A stretch of DNA of 64,000 bases from Escherichia coli O127:H6 str. E2348/69 (GCF_000026545.1 NC_011601.1), one strand, 5' to 3'. Positions 24,860 through 38,804 are shown, counted from the stretch's first letter. Translations and numbers: made by a program. Notes: generated from the letters alone by a model not told the origin.

Positions 24860-25948
24860 ATGGCTCAAATCTTCAATTTTAGTTCTGGTCCGGCAATGCT
24901 ACCGGCAGAGGTGCTTAAACAGGCTCAACAGGAACTGCGCGACTGGAACGGTCTTGGTACGTCGGTGATGGAAGTGAGTCACCGTGGCAAAGAGTTCATT
25001 CAGGTTGCAGAGGAAGCCGAGAAGGATTTTCGCGATCTTCTTAACGTCCCCTCCAACTACAAAGTATTGTTCTGCCATGGCGGTGGTCGCGGTCAATTTG
25101 CTGCAGTACCGTTGAATATTCTTGGTGATAAAACCACTGCAGATTATGTTGATGCGGGTTACTGGGCAGCAAGTGCTATCAAAGAAGCGAAAAAATACTG
25201 CACACCAAATGTGTTTGATGCGAAAGTGACCGTTGATGGTTTTCGCGCAGTTAAGCCAATGAGTGAATGGCAACTCTCTGATAATGCTGCTTATATGCAT
25301 TACTGTCCGAATGAAACCATTGACGGTATCGCCATCGACGAAACGCCAAACTTCGGTAAAGATGTGGTGGTCGCCGCCGACTTCTCTTCAACCATTCTTT
25401 CCCGTCCGATTGATGTCAGCCGTTATGGTGTAATTTACGCTGGCGCGCAGAAAAATATCGGCCCGGCTGGCCTTACAATCGTCATCGTTCGTGAAGATTT
25501 GCTGGGCAAAGCGAATATCGCCTGCCCATCGATTCTGGATTACTCCATCCTCAACGATAACGATTCCATGTTCAACACGCCGCCGACATTTGCCTGGTAC
25601 TTATCTGGCCTGGTCTTCAAATGGCTGAAAGCGAACGGCGGTGTGGTTGCAATGGATAAGATCAATCAGCAAAAAGCAGAACTGCTGTATGGGGTGATTG
25701 ATAACAGCGATTTCTACCGCAATGATGTGGCGAAAGCTAACCGTTCGCGGATGAACGTGCCGTTCCAGTTGGCGGATAGCGCGCTTGATAAATTGTTCCT
25801 CGAAGAGTCTTTCGCTGCGGGCTTACATGCGCTGAAAGGTCACCGAGTGGTCGGCGGAATGCGTGCTTCTATTTATAACGCCATGCCGCTGGAAGGTGTT
25901 AAAGCACTGACAGACTTCATGGTTGAGTTCGAACGTCGTCACGGCTAA
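24860..25948 (+). CDS. serC: Phosphoserine aminotransferase (362 aa)
   Basis: [54 protein letters not shown]... Confidence 0.96.
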   Translation: MAQIFNFSSGPAMLPAEVLKQAQQELRDWNGLGTSVMEVSHRGKEFIQVAEEAEKDFRDLLNVPSNYKVLFCHGGGRGQFAAVPLNILGDKTTADYVDAGYWAASAIKEAKKYCTPNVFDAKVTVDGFRAVKPMSEWQLSDNAAYMHYCPNETIDGIAIDETPNFGKDVVVAADFSSTILSRPIDVSRYGVIYAGAQKNIGPAGLTIVIVREDLLGKANIACPSILDYSILNDNDSMFNTPPTFAWYLSGLVFKWLKANGGVVAMDKINQQKAELLYGVIDNSDFYRNDVAKANRSRMNVPFQLADSALDKLFLEESFAAGLHALKGHRVVGGMRASIYNAMPLEGVKALTDFMVEFERRHG

Positions 25949-25965
25949 TGTCGAAATTTTGCATA

Positions 25966-25996
25966 ATCCCCACAGCCAGCCTGTGGGGTTTTTATT
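25966..25996 (+). terminator. Hairpin plus T-run in the serC-aroA spacer (partial terminator or attenuator)
   Basis: aatCCCCACAGCCAGCCTGTGGGGttttta. Confidence 0.6.
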
Positions 25997-26018
25997 TCTG
26001 TTGTAGAGAGTTGAGTTC

Positions 26019-27302
26019 ATGGAATCCCTAACGTTACAACCCATCGCTCGTGTCGATGGCACTATTAATCTGCCCGGTTCCAAGAGCGTTTCTAACCGCG
26101 CTTTATTGCTGGCGGCATTAGCACACGGCAAAACAGTATTAACCAATCTGCTGGATAGCGATGACGTGCGCCATATGCTGAATGCATTAACAGCGTTAGG
26201 GGTAAGCTATACGCTTTCAGCCGATCGTACGCGTTGCGAAATCATCGGTAACGGCGGTCCATTACACGCAAAAAGTGCCTTGGAGTTGTTCCTCGGTAAC
26301 GCCGGAACGGCAATGCGTCCGCTGGCGGCAGCTCTTTGTCTGGGTAGCAATGATATTGTGCTGACCGGTGAACCGCGTATGAAAGAACGCCCCATTGGTC
26401 ATCTGGTGGATGCGCTGCGCCTGGGCGGGGCGAAGATCACTTACCTGGAACAAGAAAATTATCCACCATTGCGTTTACAGGGCGGCTTTACTGGCGGCAA
26501 CGTTGACGTTGATGGCTCCGTTTCCAGCCAGTTCCTCACCGCACTGTTAATGACTGCGCCTCTTGCACCGGAAGATACGGTGATTCGTATTAAAGGCGAT
26601 CTGGTTTCTAAACCTTATATCGACATCACACTCAATCTGATGAAGACGTTTGGTGTTGAAATTGAAAATCAGCACTATCAACAATTTGTCGTAAAAGGGG
26701 GGCAGTCTTATCAGTCTCCGGGTACTTATTTGGTCGAAGGCGATGCATCTTCGGCTTCTTACTTCCTGGCAGCAGCAGCAATCAAAGGCGGCACTGTAAA
26801 AGTGACCGGCATTGGACGCAACAGTATGCAGGGTGATATTCGCTTTGCTGATGTGCTGGAAAAAATGGGCGCGACCATTTGCTGGGGCGATGATTATATT
26901 TCCTGCATGCGGGGTGAACTGAACGCTATTGATATGGATATGAACCATATTCCTGATGCGGCGATGACCATTGCCACGGCGGCGTTATTTGCAAAAGGCA
27001 CCACCACGCTGCGCAATATCTATAACTGGCGTGTTAAAGAGACCGATCGCCTGTTTGCGATGGCAACAGAACTGCGTAAAGTTGGTGCGGAAGTCGAAGA
27101 GGGGCACGATTTTATTCGCATTACGCCACCGGAAAAACTGAAATTTGCTGAGATCGCCACTTATAATGATCACCGGATGGCGATGTGTTTCTCGCTGGTC
27201 GCATTATCAGATACGGCTGTGACGATTCTTGATCCAAAATGTACCGCTAAAACTTTTCCAGACTATTTCGAGCAATTGGCGCGGATAAGTCAATCCGGCT
27301 GA
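26019..27302 (+). CDS. aroA: EPSP synthase (427 aa)
   Basis: [57 protein letters not shown]... Confidence 0.96.
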   Translation: MESLTLQPIARVDGTINLPGSKSVSNRALLLAALAHGKTVLTNLLDSDDVRHMLNALTALGVSYTLSADRTRCEIIGNGGPLHAKSALELFLGNAGTAMRPLAAALCLGSNDIVLTGEPRMKERPIGHLVDALRLGGAKITYLEQENYPPLRLQGGFTGGNVDVDGSVSSQFLTALLMTAPLAPEDTVIRIKGDLVSKPYIDITLNLMKTFGVEIENQHYQQFVVKGGQSYQSPGTYLVEGDASSASYFLAAAAIKGGTVKVTGIGRNSMQGDIRFADVLEKMGATICWGDDYISCMRGELNAIDMDMNHIPDAAMTIATAALFAKGTTTLRNIYNWRVKETDRLFAMATELRKVGAEVEEGHDFIRITPPEKLKFAEIATYNDHRMAMCFSLVALSDTAVTILDPKCTAKTFPDYFEQLARISQSG

Positions 27303-27344
27303 ATGAATAACGGGCGATAACATAGACAATCCTTTCTTTTCAAA

Positions 27345-27375
27345 GACGTCGGCACATTGCCGGCGTTTTTTTTCG
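27345..27375 (+). terminator. Rho-independent terminator after aroA
   Basis: gaCGTCGGCACAttGCCGGCGttttttttc. Confidence 0.6.
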
Positions 27376-27471
27376 GACCTTGTGGGGTATTTTTATTAAT
27401 GGTAGCGTTAATTATCAATGTAACTTGTTGATACATAATGTTTATATATAATTAATCAACGGATGATTCAC

Positions 27472-28236
27472 ATGAAGAATACTAAATTATTGCTGGCGAT
27501 TGCGACCTCTGCAGCCTTACTGACAGGATGTCAGAATACGCACGGTATTAATACCGATTTGGCTATCAGCTCAGGTCTGAATGCTTATAAAGCCGCAACA
27601 TTAAGCGATGCTGATGCTAAAGCAATCGCCAATCAGGGCTGTGTCGAAATGGACAGCGGCAATAAAGTGGCAAGCAAATCCAGCAAGTACGGGAAACGTC
27701 TGGCAAAAATCGCCAAAGCATTGGGTAACAATATTAATGGCACGCCAGTCAACTATAAGGTTTATATTACCAGCGACGTCAACGCATGGGCGATGGCGAA
27801 CGGTTGTGTTCGTGTCTACAGTGGCCTGATGGACATGATGAACGACAACGAAATTGAAGGCGTTCTGGGCCATGAACTGGGCCACGTCGCGTTGGGTCAC
27901 TCGCTGGCTGAAATGAAAGCTTCTTATGCGATCGTGGCCGCACGCGATGCCATTTCAGCTACCAGCGGTGTGGCTTCCCAGCTTTCCCGCTCACAATTGG
28001 GTGATATCGCAGAAGGCGCTATCAATGCTAAATACTCCCGTGATAAAGAATCCGAAGCAGATGATTTCTCTTTTGATCTGTTGAAGAAACGTGGCATCAG
28101 TACCCAGGGGCTGGTTGGTAGCTTTGAAAAACTGGCCAGCCTGGATGGCGGTCGCACCCAGTCCATGTTTGATTCTCACCCACCATCAACAGAGCGTGCG
28201 CAACACATCCGTGAGCGTATCGCCTCTGGTAAGTAA
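27472..28236 (+). CDS. ycaL: Periplasmic M48 metalloprotease lipoprotein YcaL (254 aa)
   Basis: MKNTKLLLAIATSAALLTGCQ (lipobox), HELGH zinc motif; start set at the third Met of ORF 27463..28236. Confidence 0.9.
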   Translation: MKNTKLLLAIATSAALLTGCQNTHGINTDLAISSGLNAYKAATLSDADAKAIANQGCVEMDSGNKVASKSSKYGKRLAKIAKALGNNINGTPVNYKVYITSDVNAWAMANGCVRVYSGLMDMMNDNEIEGVLGHELGHVALGHSLAEMKASYAIVAARDAISATSGVASQLSRSQLGDIAEGAINAKYSRDKESEADDFSFDLLKKRGISTQGLVGSFEKLASLDGGRTQSMFDSHPPSTERAQHIRERIASGK

Positions 28237-28408
28237 ATCATTGTCATCTTTCGGGCTGGTCTTCTGCCAGCCCGCTATAATTGCGCAATAAATCCCCATC
28301 TGAATACAGACAAAACTGGTTTTTGCACACAACGTTAACGATTTGTGGCGTCGGCGCGTATAATGCGCGCGGTTATGTTAACGGTACGCCTGTTTTAAGG
28401 AGATAAAG

Positions 28409-29092
28409 ATGACGGCAATTGCCCCGGTTATTACCATTGATGGCCCAAGCGGTGCAGGGAAAGGCACCTTGTGTAAGGCTATGGCGGAAGCGTTGCAATG
28501 GCATCTGCTGGATTCGGGTGCAATTTATCGCGTACTGGCACTAGCGGCATTACATCACCATGTTGATGTTGCATCGGAAGATGCGCTGGTGCCGCTGGCA
28601 TCCCATCTGGATGTACGTTTTGTGTCAACCAACGGCAATCTGGAAGTGATCCTCGAAGGGGAAGATGTCAGCGGCGAAATTCGTACTCAGGAGGTGGCGA
28701 ATGCTGCTTCACAAGTCGCGGCATTCCCACGCGTTCGTGAAGCATTATTGCGTCGCCAACGCGCGTTTCGCGAATTACCAGGCCTGATTGCCGATGGGCG
28801 CGACATGGGAACGGTGGTATTCCCTGATGCGCCAGTGAAAATTTTCCTTGACGCCTCCTCGGAAGAACGTGCGCATCGCCGCATGCTACAGTTGCAGGAG
28901 AAGGGCTTTAGTGTTAACTTTGAGCGCCTTTTGGCCGAGATCAAAGAACGCGACGACCGCGATCGTAACCGAGCGGTAGCGCCACTGGTTCCGGCAGCCG
29001 ATGCTTTAGTGTTGGATTCCACCACCTTAAGCATTGAGCAAGTGATTGAAAAAGCGCTACAATACGCGCGCCAGAAATTGGCTCTCGCATAA
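28409..29092 (+). CDS. cmk: Cytidylate kinase (227 aa)
   Basis: [48 protein letters not shown]... Confidence 0.96.
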
Positions 29093-29202
29093 GCGACCGA
29101 ATTTGCAGTACCCCCGTTGCAATGGAATGACAGCGGGTATGTTAAACAACCCCATCCGGCATGGAGCCAGGTGGACGTTAAATATAAACCTGAAGATTAA
29201 AC

Positions 29203-30876
29203 ATGACTGAATCTTTTGCTCAACTCTTTGAAGAGTCCTTAAAAGAAATCGAAACCCGCCCGGGTTCTATCGTTCGTGGCGTAGTTGTTGCTATCGACAA
29301 AGACGTAGTACTGGTTGACGCTGGTCTGAAATCTGAGTCCGCCATCCCGGCTGAGCAGTTCAAAAACGCCCAGGGCGAGCTGGAAATCCAGGTAGGTGAC
29401 GAAGTTGACGTTGCTCTGGACGCAGTAGAAGACGGCTTCGGTGAAACTCTGCTGTCCCGTGAGAAAGCTAAACGTCACGAAGCCTGGATCACGCTGGAAA
29501 AAGCTTACGAAGATGCTGAAACTGTTACCGGTGTTATCAACGGCAAAGTTAAGGGCGGCTTCACTGTTGAGCTGAACGGTATTCGTGCGTTCCTGCCAGG
29601 TTCTCTGGTAGACGTTCGTCCGGTGCGTGACACTCTGCACCTGGAAGGCAAAGAGCTTGAATTCAAAGTAATCAAGCTGGATCAGAAGCGCAACAACGTT
29701 GTTGTTTCTCGTCGTGCCGTTATCGAATCCGAAAACAGCGCAGAGCGCGATCAGCTGCTGGAAAACCTGCAGGAAGGCATGGAAGTTAAAGGTATCGTTA
29801 AGAACCTCACTGACTACGGTGCATTCGTTGATCTGGGCGGCGTTGACGGCCTGCTGCACATCACTGACATGGCCTGGAAACGCGTTAAGCATCCGAGCGA
29901 AATCGTCAACGTGGGCGACGAAATCACTGTTAAAGTGCTGAAGTTCGACCGCGAACGTACCCGTGTATCCCTGGGCCTGAAACAGCTGGGCGAAGATCCG
30001 TGGGTAGCTATCGCTAAACGTTATCCAGAAGGTACCAAACTGACTGGTCGCGTGACCAACCTGACCGACTACGGCTGCTTCGTTGAAATCGAAGAAGGCG
30101 TTGAAGGCCTGGTACACGTTTCCGAAATGGATTGGACCAACAAAAACATCCACCCGTCCAAAGTTGTTAACGTTGGCGATGTAGTGGAAGTTATGGTTCT
30201 GGATATCGACGAAGAACGTCGTCGTATCTCCCTGGGTCTGAAACAGTGCAAAGCTAACCCGTGGCAGCAGTTCGCGGAAACCCACAACAAGGGCGACCGT
30301 GTTGAAGGTAAAATCAAGTCTATCACTGACTTCGGTATCTTCATCGGCCTGGACGGCGGCATCGACGGCCTGGTTCACCTGTCTGACATCTCCTGGAACG
30401 TTGCAGGCGAAGAAGCAGTTCGTGAATACAAAAAAGGCGACGAAATCGCTGCAGTTGTTCTGCAGGTTGACGCAGAACGTGAACGTATCTCCCTGGGCGT
30501 TAAACAGCTCGCAGAAGATCCGTTCAACAACTGGGTTGCTCTGAACAAGAAAGGCGCTATCGTAACCGGTAAAGTAACTGCAGTTGACGCTAAAGGCGCA
30601 ACCGTAGAACTGGCTGACGGCGTTGAAGGTTACCTGCGTGCTTCTGAAGCATCCCGTGACCGCGTTGAAGACGCTACCCTGGTTCTGAGCGTTGGCGACG
30701 AAGTTGAAGCTAAATTCACCGGCGTTGATCGTAAAAACCGCGCAATCAGCCTGTCTGTTCGTGCGAAAGACGAAGCTGACGAGAAAGATGCAATCGCAAC
30801 TGTTAACAAACAGGAAGATGCAAACTTCTCCAACAACGCAATGGCTGAAGCTTTCAAAGCAGCTAAAGGCGAGTAA
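29203..30876 (+). CDS. rpsA: 30S ribosomal protein S1 (557 aa)
   Basis: [49 protein letters not shown]..., six S1 domains, strongly biased codon usage. Confidence 0.97.
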
Positions 30877-31035
30877 TTCTCTGACTCTTCGGGATTTTTA
30901 TTCCGAAGTTTGTTGAGTTTACTTGACAGATTGCAGGTTTCGTCCTGTAATCAAGCACTAAGGGCGGCTACGGCCGCCCTTAATCAATGCAGCAACAGCA
31001 GCCGCTTAATTTGCCTTTAAGGAACCGGAGGAATC

Positions 31036-31320
31036 ATGACCAAGTCAGAATTGATAGAAAGACTTGCCACCCAGCAATCGCACATTCCCGCCAAGACGGT
31101 TGAAGATGCAGTAAAAGATATGCTGGAGCATATGGCCTCGACTCTTGCGCAGGGCGAGCGTATTGAAATCCGCGGTTTCGGCAGTTTCTCTTTGCACTAC
31201 CGCGCACCACGTACCGGACGTAATCCGAAGACTGGCGATAAAGTAGAACTGGAAGGAAAATACGTTCCTCACTTTAAACCAGGTAAAGAACTGCGCGATC
31301 GCGCCAATATTTACGGTTAA
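31036..31320 (+). CDS. ihfB: Integration host factor beta subunit (94 aa)
   Basis: [94 protein letters not shown]. Confidence 0.97.
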   Translation: MTKSELIERLATQQSHIPAKTVEDAVKDMLEHMASTLAQGERIEIRGFGSFSLHYRAPRTGRNPKTGDKVELEGKYVPHFKPGKELRDRANIYG

Positions 31321-31344
31321 GTTTTTACTCAAACTTGAACGCGA

Positions 31345-31371
31345 GAAAAGCACCTGTCGGGTGCTTTTTTC
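31345..31371 (+). terminator. Rho-independent terminator after ihfB
   Basis: aaaGCACCtgtcgGGTGCttttttc. Confidence 0.65.
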
Positions 31372-31525
31372 ATTTCTCTAATCTGGAACTGGAAGCTGCC
31401 TCGCAGAGTTTTGAGCAGTTTTCACCCTATCGTTAAATTCTTCTGAACGTGCCTCGGGGAACGCAAAACTCCCACCAGACAACCGTTCAACAAAGTTGCA
31501 CACTTTCTATAAACAGGGAGGGTGC

Positions 31526-33790
31526 ATGAAAATAACGACAGTCGGCGTATGCATAATTTGCGGAATTTTTCCGTTGCTGATTTTGCCCCAATTGCCTGGG
31601 ACAGTAACCCTTGCGTTTCTGACTCTCTTCGCCTGTGTACTGGCATTTATCCCTGTTAAAACCGTCCGTTATATCGTGCTGACGTTGCTGTTTTTCGTTT
31701 GGGGCATATTAGCAGCAAAGCAAATTTTGTGGGCAGGAGAAACCTTAACTGGCGCGACGCAGGATGCAATTGTTGAGATCATTGCTACTGACGGCATGAC
31801 CACTCATTACGGTCAAATTACTCATCTACAAGGTCGACGTATATTCCCTGTGCCAGGCCTCGTACTGTATGGCGAATATCTTCCGCAAGCGGTTTGTGCC
31901 GGACAAGTATGGTCAATGAAACTCAAAGTTCGTGCAGTTCATGGTCAACTTAATGATGGCGGCTTTGATAGCCAGCGTTATGCCATTGCCCAGCATCAAC
32001 CGCTCACCGGCCGTTTTCTGCAGGCAAGTGTCATTGAACCGAATTGTAGCCTGCGTGCACAGTATCTGGCGTCACTACAAACAACGCTGCAACCCTATAT
32101 GTGGAACGCGGTTATTCTTGGATTAGGTATGGGGGAACGGTTATCCGTCCCCAAAGAAATCAAAAATATCATGCGTGATACTGGAACGGCGCATTTAATG
32201 GCAATATCAGGATTGCACATCGCTTTTGCGGCGTTGCTGGCTGCAGGACTCATTCGCGGTGGGCAAGTTTTTCTGCCTGGGTGCTGGATCCACTGGCAAA
32301 TGCCATTAATTGGTGGAATCTGCTGTGCTGCTTTTTATGCCTGGCTTACGGGAATGCAACCTCCTGCATTGCGTACTGTGGTGGCGCTTGCCATTTGGGG
32401 AATGCTTAAGTTAAGTGGACGACAATGGAGTGGCTGGGATGTATGGATATGTTGTCTGGCGGCAATTTTGCTGATGGATCCTGTTGCCATTCTCTCGCAA
32501 AGTTTATGGCTCTCTGCCGCTGCGGTCGCGGCACTGATTTTTTGGTATCAGTGGTTTCCCTGTCCGGAGTGGCAGCTGCCGCCGGTATTGCGCGCGGTTG
32601 TTTCCCTCATCCATCTGCAACTGGGAATCACCCTCCTGCTTATGCCCGTGCAAATTGTCATATTTCATGGCATTAGTCTGACCTCATTTATTGCAAATCT
32701 TTTTGCAATTCCCCTGGTGACATTTATCACGGTTCCGTTGATTCTCGCCGCGATGGTTGTGCATTTAAGCGGGCCGTTTATTCTGGAACAAGGGGTATGG
32801 TTTCTTGCCGACCGGTCTTTGGCTTTACTTTTCTGGGGGTTAAAGAGTTTGCCGGAAGGGTGGATCAACATTGCTGAACGTTGGCAATGGCTAACATTTT
32901 CCCCATGGTTCTTACTGGTGGTATGGCGATTAAACGCCTGGCGAACGTTGCCAGCAATGTGTGTGGCTGTAGGCTTGCTGATGTGCTTGCCGCTGTGGCA
33001 AAAACCTCGACCTGACGAGTGGCAAGTGTACATGCTTGATGTCGGGCAAGGGCTGGCAATGGTCATTGCGCGAAACGGCAAAGCGATTCTCTATGACACG
33101 GGACTGGCCTGGCCCGAAGGGGATAGTGGGCAACAACTGATTATCCCCTGGCTCCACTGGCATAATCTTGAACCGGAAGGCGTTATTTTGAGTCATGAAC
33201 ATCTGGATCACCGGGGAGGGCTGGACTCAATATTGCACACATGGCCGATGTTATGGATCCGAAGTCCGTTAAACTGGGAACATCATCAGCCCTGTATGCG
33301 TGGCGAAGCGTGGCAATGGCAAGGATTGCGTTTCAGCGCGCACTGGCCTTTACAAGGAAGCAACGATAAAGGAAATAACCATTCCTGTGTGGTTAAGATT
33401 GATGACGGGACGAATAGCATTCTTCTAACCGGTGATATTGAAGCCCCCGCTGAACAAAAGATGCTAAGCCGTTACTGGCAGCAAATGCAGGCAACATTAC
33501 TTCAGGTACCTCACCATGGCAGTAATACCTCATCATCGTTGCCATTAATTCAGCGAGTGAATGGAAAAGTGGCACTCGCATCGGCATCGCGCTATAACGC
33601 ATGGCGACTGCCCTCAAGCAAAGTTAAACATCGCTATCAACAACAGGGTTATAAGTGGCTTGATACTCCACATCAGGGTCAAATAACGGTCAATTTTTCA
33701 GCGCAAGGCTGGTGGATTAGCAGCCTCAGAGAGCAAATTTTACCTCGTTGGTATCATCAGTGGTTTGGCGTGCCAGTGGATAACGGGTAG
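31526..33790 (+). CDS. ycaI: ComEC/Rec2-family inner-membrane protein YcaI (754 aa)
   Basis: MKITTVGVCIICGIFPLLILPQLPG..., polytopic N-terminus plus C-terminal metallo-beta-lactamase-like HEHLDHRGG motif; start set at the internal Met of ORF 31496..33790. Confidence 0.88.
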   Translation: MKITTVGVCIICGIFPLLILPQLPGTVTLAFLTLFACVLAFIPVKTVRYIVLTLLFFVWGILAAKQILWAGETLTGATQDAIVEIIATDGMTTHYGQITHLQGRRIFPVPGLVLYGEYLPQAVCAGQVWSMKLKVRAVHGQLNDGGFDSQRYAIAQHQPLTGRFLQASVIEPNCSLRAQYLASLQTTLQPYMWNAVILGLGMGERLSVPKEIKNIMRDTGTAHLMAISGLHIAFAALLAAGLIRGGQVFLPGCWIHWQMPLIGGICCAAFYAWLTGMQPPALRTVVALAIWGMLKLSGRQWSGWDVWICCLAAILLMDPVAILSQSLWLSAAAVAALIFWYQWFPCPEWQLPPVLRAVVSLIHLQLGITLLLMPVQIVIFHGISLTSFIANLFAIPLVTFITVPLILAAMVVHLSGPFILEQGVWFLADRSLALLFWGLKSLPEGWINIAERWQWLTFSPWFLLVVWRLNAWRTLPAMCVAVGLLMCLPLWQKPRPDEWQVYMLDVGQGLAMVIARNGKAILYDTGLAWPEGDSGQQLIIPWLHWHNLEPEGVILSHEHLDHRGGLDSILHTWPMLWIRSPLNWEHHQPCMRGEAWQWQGLRFSAHWPLQGSNDKGNNHSCVVKIDDGTNSILLTGDIEAPAEQKMLSRYWQQMQATLLQVPHHGSNTSSSLPLIQRVNGKVALASASRYNAWRLPSSKVKHRYQQQGYKWLDTPHQGQITVNFSAQGWWISSLREQILPRWYHQWFGVPVDNG

Positions 33791-33826
33791 AATATGTGGC
33801 TATTTCAACAAATGCTGGTTTTTTGA

Positions 33827-35575
33827 ATGCATAACGACAAAGATCTCTCTACGTGGCAGACGTTCCGCCGACTGTGGCCAACCATTGCGCCTTTTAAAGC
33901 GGGTCTGATCGTGGCGGGCGTAGCGTTAATCCTCAACGCAGCCAGCGATACCTTCATGTTATCGCTCCTTAAGCCACTTCTTGATGATGGCTTTGGTAAA
34001 ACAGATCGCTCCGTGCTGATGTGGATGCCGCTGGTGGTGATCGGGCTGATGATTTTACGTGGTATCACCAGCTATATCTCCAGCTACTGTATCTCCTGGG
34101 TATCAGGAAAGGTGGTAATGACTATGCGTCGCCGCCTGTTTGGTCACATGATGGGAATGCCGGTTTCATTCTTTGACAAACAGTCAACGGGTACGCTGTT
34201 GTCACGTATCACCTACGATTCCGAACAGGTCGCTTCTTCTTCTTCCGGCGCACTGATTACTGTTGTGCGTGAAGGTGCGTCGATCATCGGCCTGTTCATC
34301 ATGATGTTCTATTACAGTTGGCAACTGTCGATCATTTTGATTGTGCTGGCACCGATTGTTTCGATTGCGATTCGCGTTGTATCGAAGCGTTTTCGCAACA
34401 TCAGTAAAAACATGCAGAACACCATGGGGCAGGTGACCACCAGCGCCGAACAAATGCTGAAAGGCCATAAAGAAGTATTGATTTTCGGTGGTCAGGAAGT
34501 GGAAACGAAACGCTTCGATAAAGTCAGTAACCGAATGCGTCTTCAGGGGATGAAAATGGTTTCAGCCTCTTCTATCTCTGATCCGATCATTCAGCTGATC
34601 GCCTCTTTGGCGCTGGCGTTTGTTCTGTATGCAGCAAGCTTCCCAAGTGTCATGGATAGCCTGACTGCCGGTACGATTACCGTTGTTTTCTCTTCAATGA
34701 TTGCACTTATGCGTCCGCTGAAATCGCTGACCAACGTTAACGCCCAGTTCCAGCGTGGTATGGCGGCTTGTCAGACGCTGTTTACCATTCTGGACAGTGA
34801 GCAGGAGAAAGACGAAGGTAAGCGCGTGATCGAGCGTGCAACTGGCGACGTGGAATTTCGCAATGTCACCTTTACTTATCCAGGACGTGACGTGCCCGCA
34901 TTGCGTAACATCAACCTGAAAATTCCGGCAGGGAAGACGGTTGCTCTGGTTGGACGATCTGGTTCAGGTAAATCAACCATCGCCAGCCTAATCACACGTT
35001 TTTACGATATTGATGAAGGCGAAATCCTGATGGATGGTCACGATCTGCGCGAGTATACCCTGGCGTCGTTACGTAACCAGGTTGCTCTGGTGTCGCAGAA
35101 TGTCCATCTGTTTAACGATACGGTTGCCAACAACATTGCTTACGCAAGGACTGAACAGTACAGCCGTGAGCAAATTGAAGAAGCTGCGCGTATGGCCTAC
35201 GCCATGGACTTCATCAATAAGATGGATAACGGTCTCGATACAGTCATTGGTGAAAACGGCGTGCTGCTCTCTGGCGGTCAGCGTCAGCGTATTGCTATCG
35301 CTCGAGCCTTGTTGCGTGATAGCCCGATACTGATTCTGGACGAAGCTACCTCGGCGTTGGATACCGAATCCGAACGTGCGATTCAGGCGGCACTGGATGA
35401 GTTGCAGAAAAACCGTACCTCTCTGGTGATTGCCCACCGCTTGTCTACCATTGAAAAGGCAGACGAAATCGTGGTTGTCGAGGATGGTGTCATTGTGGAA
35501 CGCGGTACGCATAACGATTTGCTTGAGCGCCGTGGCGTTTACGCGCAACTTCACAAAATGCAGTTTGGCCAATGA
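33827..35575 (+). CDS. msbA: Lipid A ABC flippase MsbA (582 aa)
   Basis: [57 protein letters not shown]..., Walker [18 protein letters not shown] signature. Confidence 0.96.
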   Translation: MHNDKDLSTWQTFRRLWPTIAPFKAGLIVAGVALILNAASDTFMLSLLKPLLDDGFGKTDRSVLMWMPLVVIGLMILRGITSYISSYCISWVSGKVVMTMRRRLFGHMMGMPVSFFDKQSTGTLLSRITYDSEQVASSSSGALITVVREGASIIGLFIMMFYYSWQLSIILIVLAPIVSIAIRVVSKRFRNISKNMQNTMGQVTTSAEQMLKGHKEVLIFGGQEVETKRFDKVSNRMRLQGMKMVSASSISDPIIQLIASLALAFVLYAASFPSVMDSLTAGTITVVFSSMIALMRPLKSLTNVNAQFQRGMAACQTLFTILDSEQEKDEGKRVIERATGDVEFRNVTFTYPGRDVPALRNINLKIPAGKTVALVGRSGSGKSTIASLITRFYDIDEGEILMDGHDLREYTLASLRNQVALVSQNVHLFNDTVANNIAYARTEQYSREQIEEAARMAYAMDFINKMDNGLDTVIGENGVLLSGGQRQRIAIARALLRDSPILILDEATSALDTESERAIQAALDELQKNRTSLVIAHRLSTIEKADEIVVVEDGVIVERGTHNDLLERRGVYAQLHKMQFGQ

Positions 35576-36558
35576 TCGAAAAAATCTGGTCTGGTGAATC
35601 CCCTTTATGGCGGCTATTGCTGCCACTCTCCTGGTTGTATGGCCTGGTGAGTGGCGCGATCCGTCTTTGCTATAAACTAAAACTGAAGCGCGCCTGGCGT
35701 GCCCCCGTACCGGTTGTCGTGGTTGGTAATCTCACCGCAGGCGGCAACGGAAAAACCCCGGTCGTTGTCTGGCTGGTGGAACAGCTGCAACAGCGCGGTA
35801 TTCGCGTGGGGGTTGTATCGCGGGGATATGGTGGTAAGGCTGAATCTTATCCGCTGTTATTGTCGGCAGATACCACCACAGCACAGGCGGGTGATGAACC
35901 TGTGTTGATTTATCAACGCACTGGCGCACCTGTTGCGGTTTCTCCCGTGCGTTCTGACGCGGTAAAAGCCATTCTGGCGCAACACCCTGATGTGCAGATC
36001 ATCGTAACCGACGATGGTTTACAGCATTATCGTCTGGCGCGTGATGTGGAAATTGTCGTTATTGATGGTGTGCGTCGCTTTGGCAATGGCTGGTGGTTGC
36101 CGGCGGGGTCAATGCGTGAGCGAGCGGGGCGCTTAAAGTCGGTTGATGCGGTAATCGTCAACGGCGGTGTCCCCCGCAGCGGTGAAATCCCCATGCATCT
36201 GCTGCCGGGTCAGGCGGTGAATTTACGTACCGGTACGCGTTGTGACGTTGCTCAGCTTGAACATGTGGTGGCGATTGCGGGGATTGGGCATCCGCCGCGC
36301 TTTTTTGCCACGCTGAAGATGTGCGGCGTACAACCGGAAAAATGTGTACCGCTGGCCGATCATCAGTCTTTGAATCATGCGGATGTCAGCGCGTTGGTAA
36401 GCGCCGGACAAACGCTGGTAATGACTGAAAAAGATGCGGTGAAATGCCGGGCCTTTGCAGAAGAAAATTGGTGGTATTTGCCTGTAGACGCACAGCTTTC
36501 AGGTGATGAACCAGCGAAACTGCTTGCGCAACTAACCTCGCTGGCTTCTGGCCACTAG
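35572..36558 (+). CDS. lpxK: Tetraacyldisaccharide 4'-kinase LpxK (328 aa)
   Basis: [63 protein letters not shown]...; ATGA start/stop overlap with msbA. Confidence 0.95.
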   Translation: MIEKIWSGESPLWRLLLPLSWLYGLVSGAIRLCYKLKLKRAWRAPVPVVVVGNLTAGGNGKTPVVVWLVEQLQQRGIRVGVVSRGYGGKAESYPLLLSADTTTAQAGDEPVLIYQRTGAPVAVSPVRSDAVKAILAQHPDVQIIVTDDGLQHYRLARDVEIVVIDGVRRFGNGWWLPAGSMRERAGRLKSVDAVIVNGGVPRSGEIPMHLLPGQAVNLRTGTRCDVAQLEHVVAIAGIGHPPRFFATLKMCGVQPEKCVPLADHQSLNHADVSALVSAGQTLVMTEKDAVKCRAFAEENWWYLPVDAQLSGDEPAKLLAQLTSLASGH

Positions 36559-36594
36559 TTACGCCGCGGCAGCGTTCGATTGATGGAGTCATGA

Positions 36595-37827
36595 ATGTCG
36601 CTGCCGCACCTCTCCCTTGCTGATGCGCGTAATCTTCACCTTGCCGCGCAAGGCCTGTTAAACAAACCCCGCCGTCGAGCCTCGTTGGAGGATATTCCGG
36701 CAACGATCTCCCGCATGTCCTTGCTGCAAATCGATACCATCAATATTGTTGCCCGTAGTCCATATCTGGTGCTTTTCAGTCGTCTGGGAAATTATCCTGC
36801 CCAGTGGCTGGATGAGTCTCTGGCGCGTGGCGAATTAATGGAATACTGGGCGCATGAAGCCTGCTTTATGCCGCGTAGCGATTTTCGTCTTATTCGCCAC
36901 CGCATGCTGGCACCTGAAAAAATGGGCTGGAAATATAAAGACGCCTGGATGCAGGAACATGCGGCGGAAATTGCACAGTTAATTCAGCATATTCATGATA
37001 AGGGGCCAGTACGTTCAGCCGATTTTGAGCATCCTCGTAAAGGGGCGAGCGGCTGGTGGGAGTGGAAGCCGCATAAACGACATCTGGAAGGTTTATTTAC
37101 TGCCGGAAAGGTGATGGTGATTGAACGGCGCAACTTCCAGCGCGTTTATGATTTAACTCACCGTGTCATGCCTGAGTGGAATGATGAGCGCGATCTCGTT
37201 TCGCAAGCAGAAGCAGAAATCATCATGCTGGATAACAGTGCGCGTAGCCTGGGAATATTTCGCGAACAGTGGCTGGCAGATTACTACCGGCTAAAACGTC
37301 CGGCACTGGCGGCGTGGCGTGAAGCGAGGGCTGAACAGCAGCAAATCATTGCTGTGCATGTTGAAAAATTGGGCAATCTTTGGCTGCATGCTGATTTGCT
37401 GCCGCTACTCGAGCGTGCGCTCGCCGGAAAGCTCACTGCAACGCACAGCGCGGTACTTTCGCCTTTTGATCCTGTTGTCTGGGATCGCAAACGCGCGGAG
37501 CAGCTTTTTGATTTTAGCTACCGGCTGGAGTGCTATATCCCAGCGCCGAAACGCCAGTATGGCTATTTTGTTCTGCCGTTATTACATCGTGGGCAATTAG
37601 TTGGGCGAATGGATGCCAAAATGCATCGCCAGACAGGCATCCTGGAAGTTATCTCTCTGTGGTTACAGGAAGGCATTAAGCCAACGACAACGCTGCAAAA
37701 AGGGTTACGTCAGGCGATTACTGATTTCGCTAACTGGCAGCAGGCAACGCGGGTGACATTACGACGCTGCCCGCAAGGCCTCTTTACTGATTGCCGCGCC
37801 GGCTGGGAAATAGACCCCGTCGCATAA
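36595..37827 (+). CDS. ycaQ: Winged-helix DNA-glycosylase-like protein YcaQ (410 aa)
   Basis: MSLPHLSLADARNLHLAAQGLLNKPRRRASLEDIPATISRMSLLQIDTINIVARSPYLVLFSRLG... Confidence 0.9.
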   Translation: MSLPHLSLADARNLHLAAQGLLNKPRRRASLEDIPATISRMSLLQIDTINIVARSPYLVLFSRLGNYPAQWLDESLARGELMEYWAHEACFMPRSDFRLIRHRMLAPEKMGWKYKDAWMQEHAAEIAQLIQHIHDKGPVRSADFEHPRKGASGWWEWKPHKRHLEGLFTAGKVMVIERRNFQRVYDLTHRVMPEWNDERDLVSQAEAEIIMLDNSARSLGIFREQWLADYYRLKRPALAAWREARAEQQQIIAVHVEKLGNLWLHADLLPLLERALAGKLTATHSAVLSPFDPVVWDRKRAEQLFDFSYRLECYIPAPKRQYGYFVLPLLHRGQLVGRMDAKMHRQTGILEVISLWLQEGIKPTTTLQKGLRQAITDFANWQQATRVTLRRCPQGLFTDCRAGWEIDPVA

Positions 37828-37878
37828 ATGATTATGATAAGATTTATGCATTCATAACCCGATCCATCTGGAGGAACT

Positions 37879-38804
<926 letters not shown>

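Noticed and set aside
29239-30378. 379-aa ORF antisense to rpsA
   Set aside because: Same codon-bias shadow-ORF artefact; it lies entirely inside the strongly conserved rpsA coding sequence.
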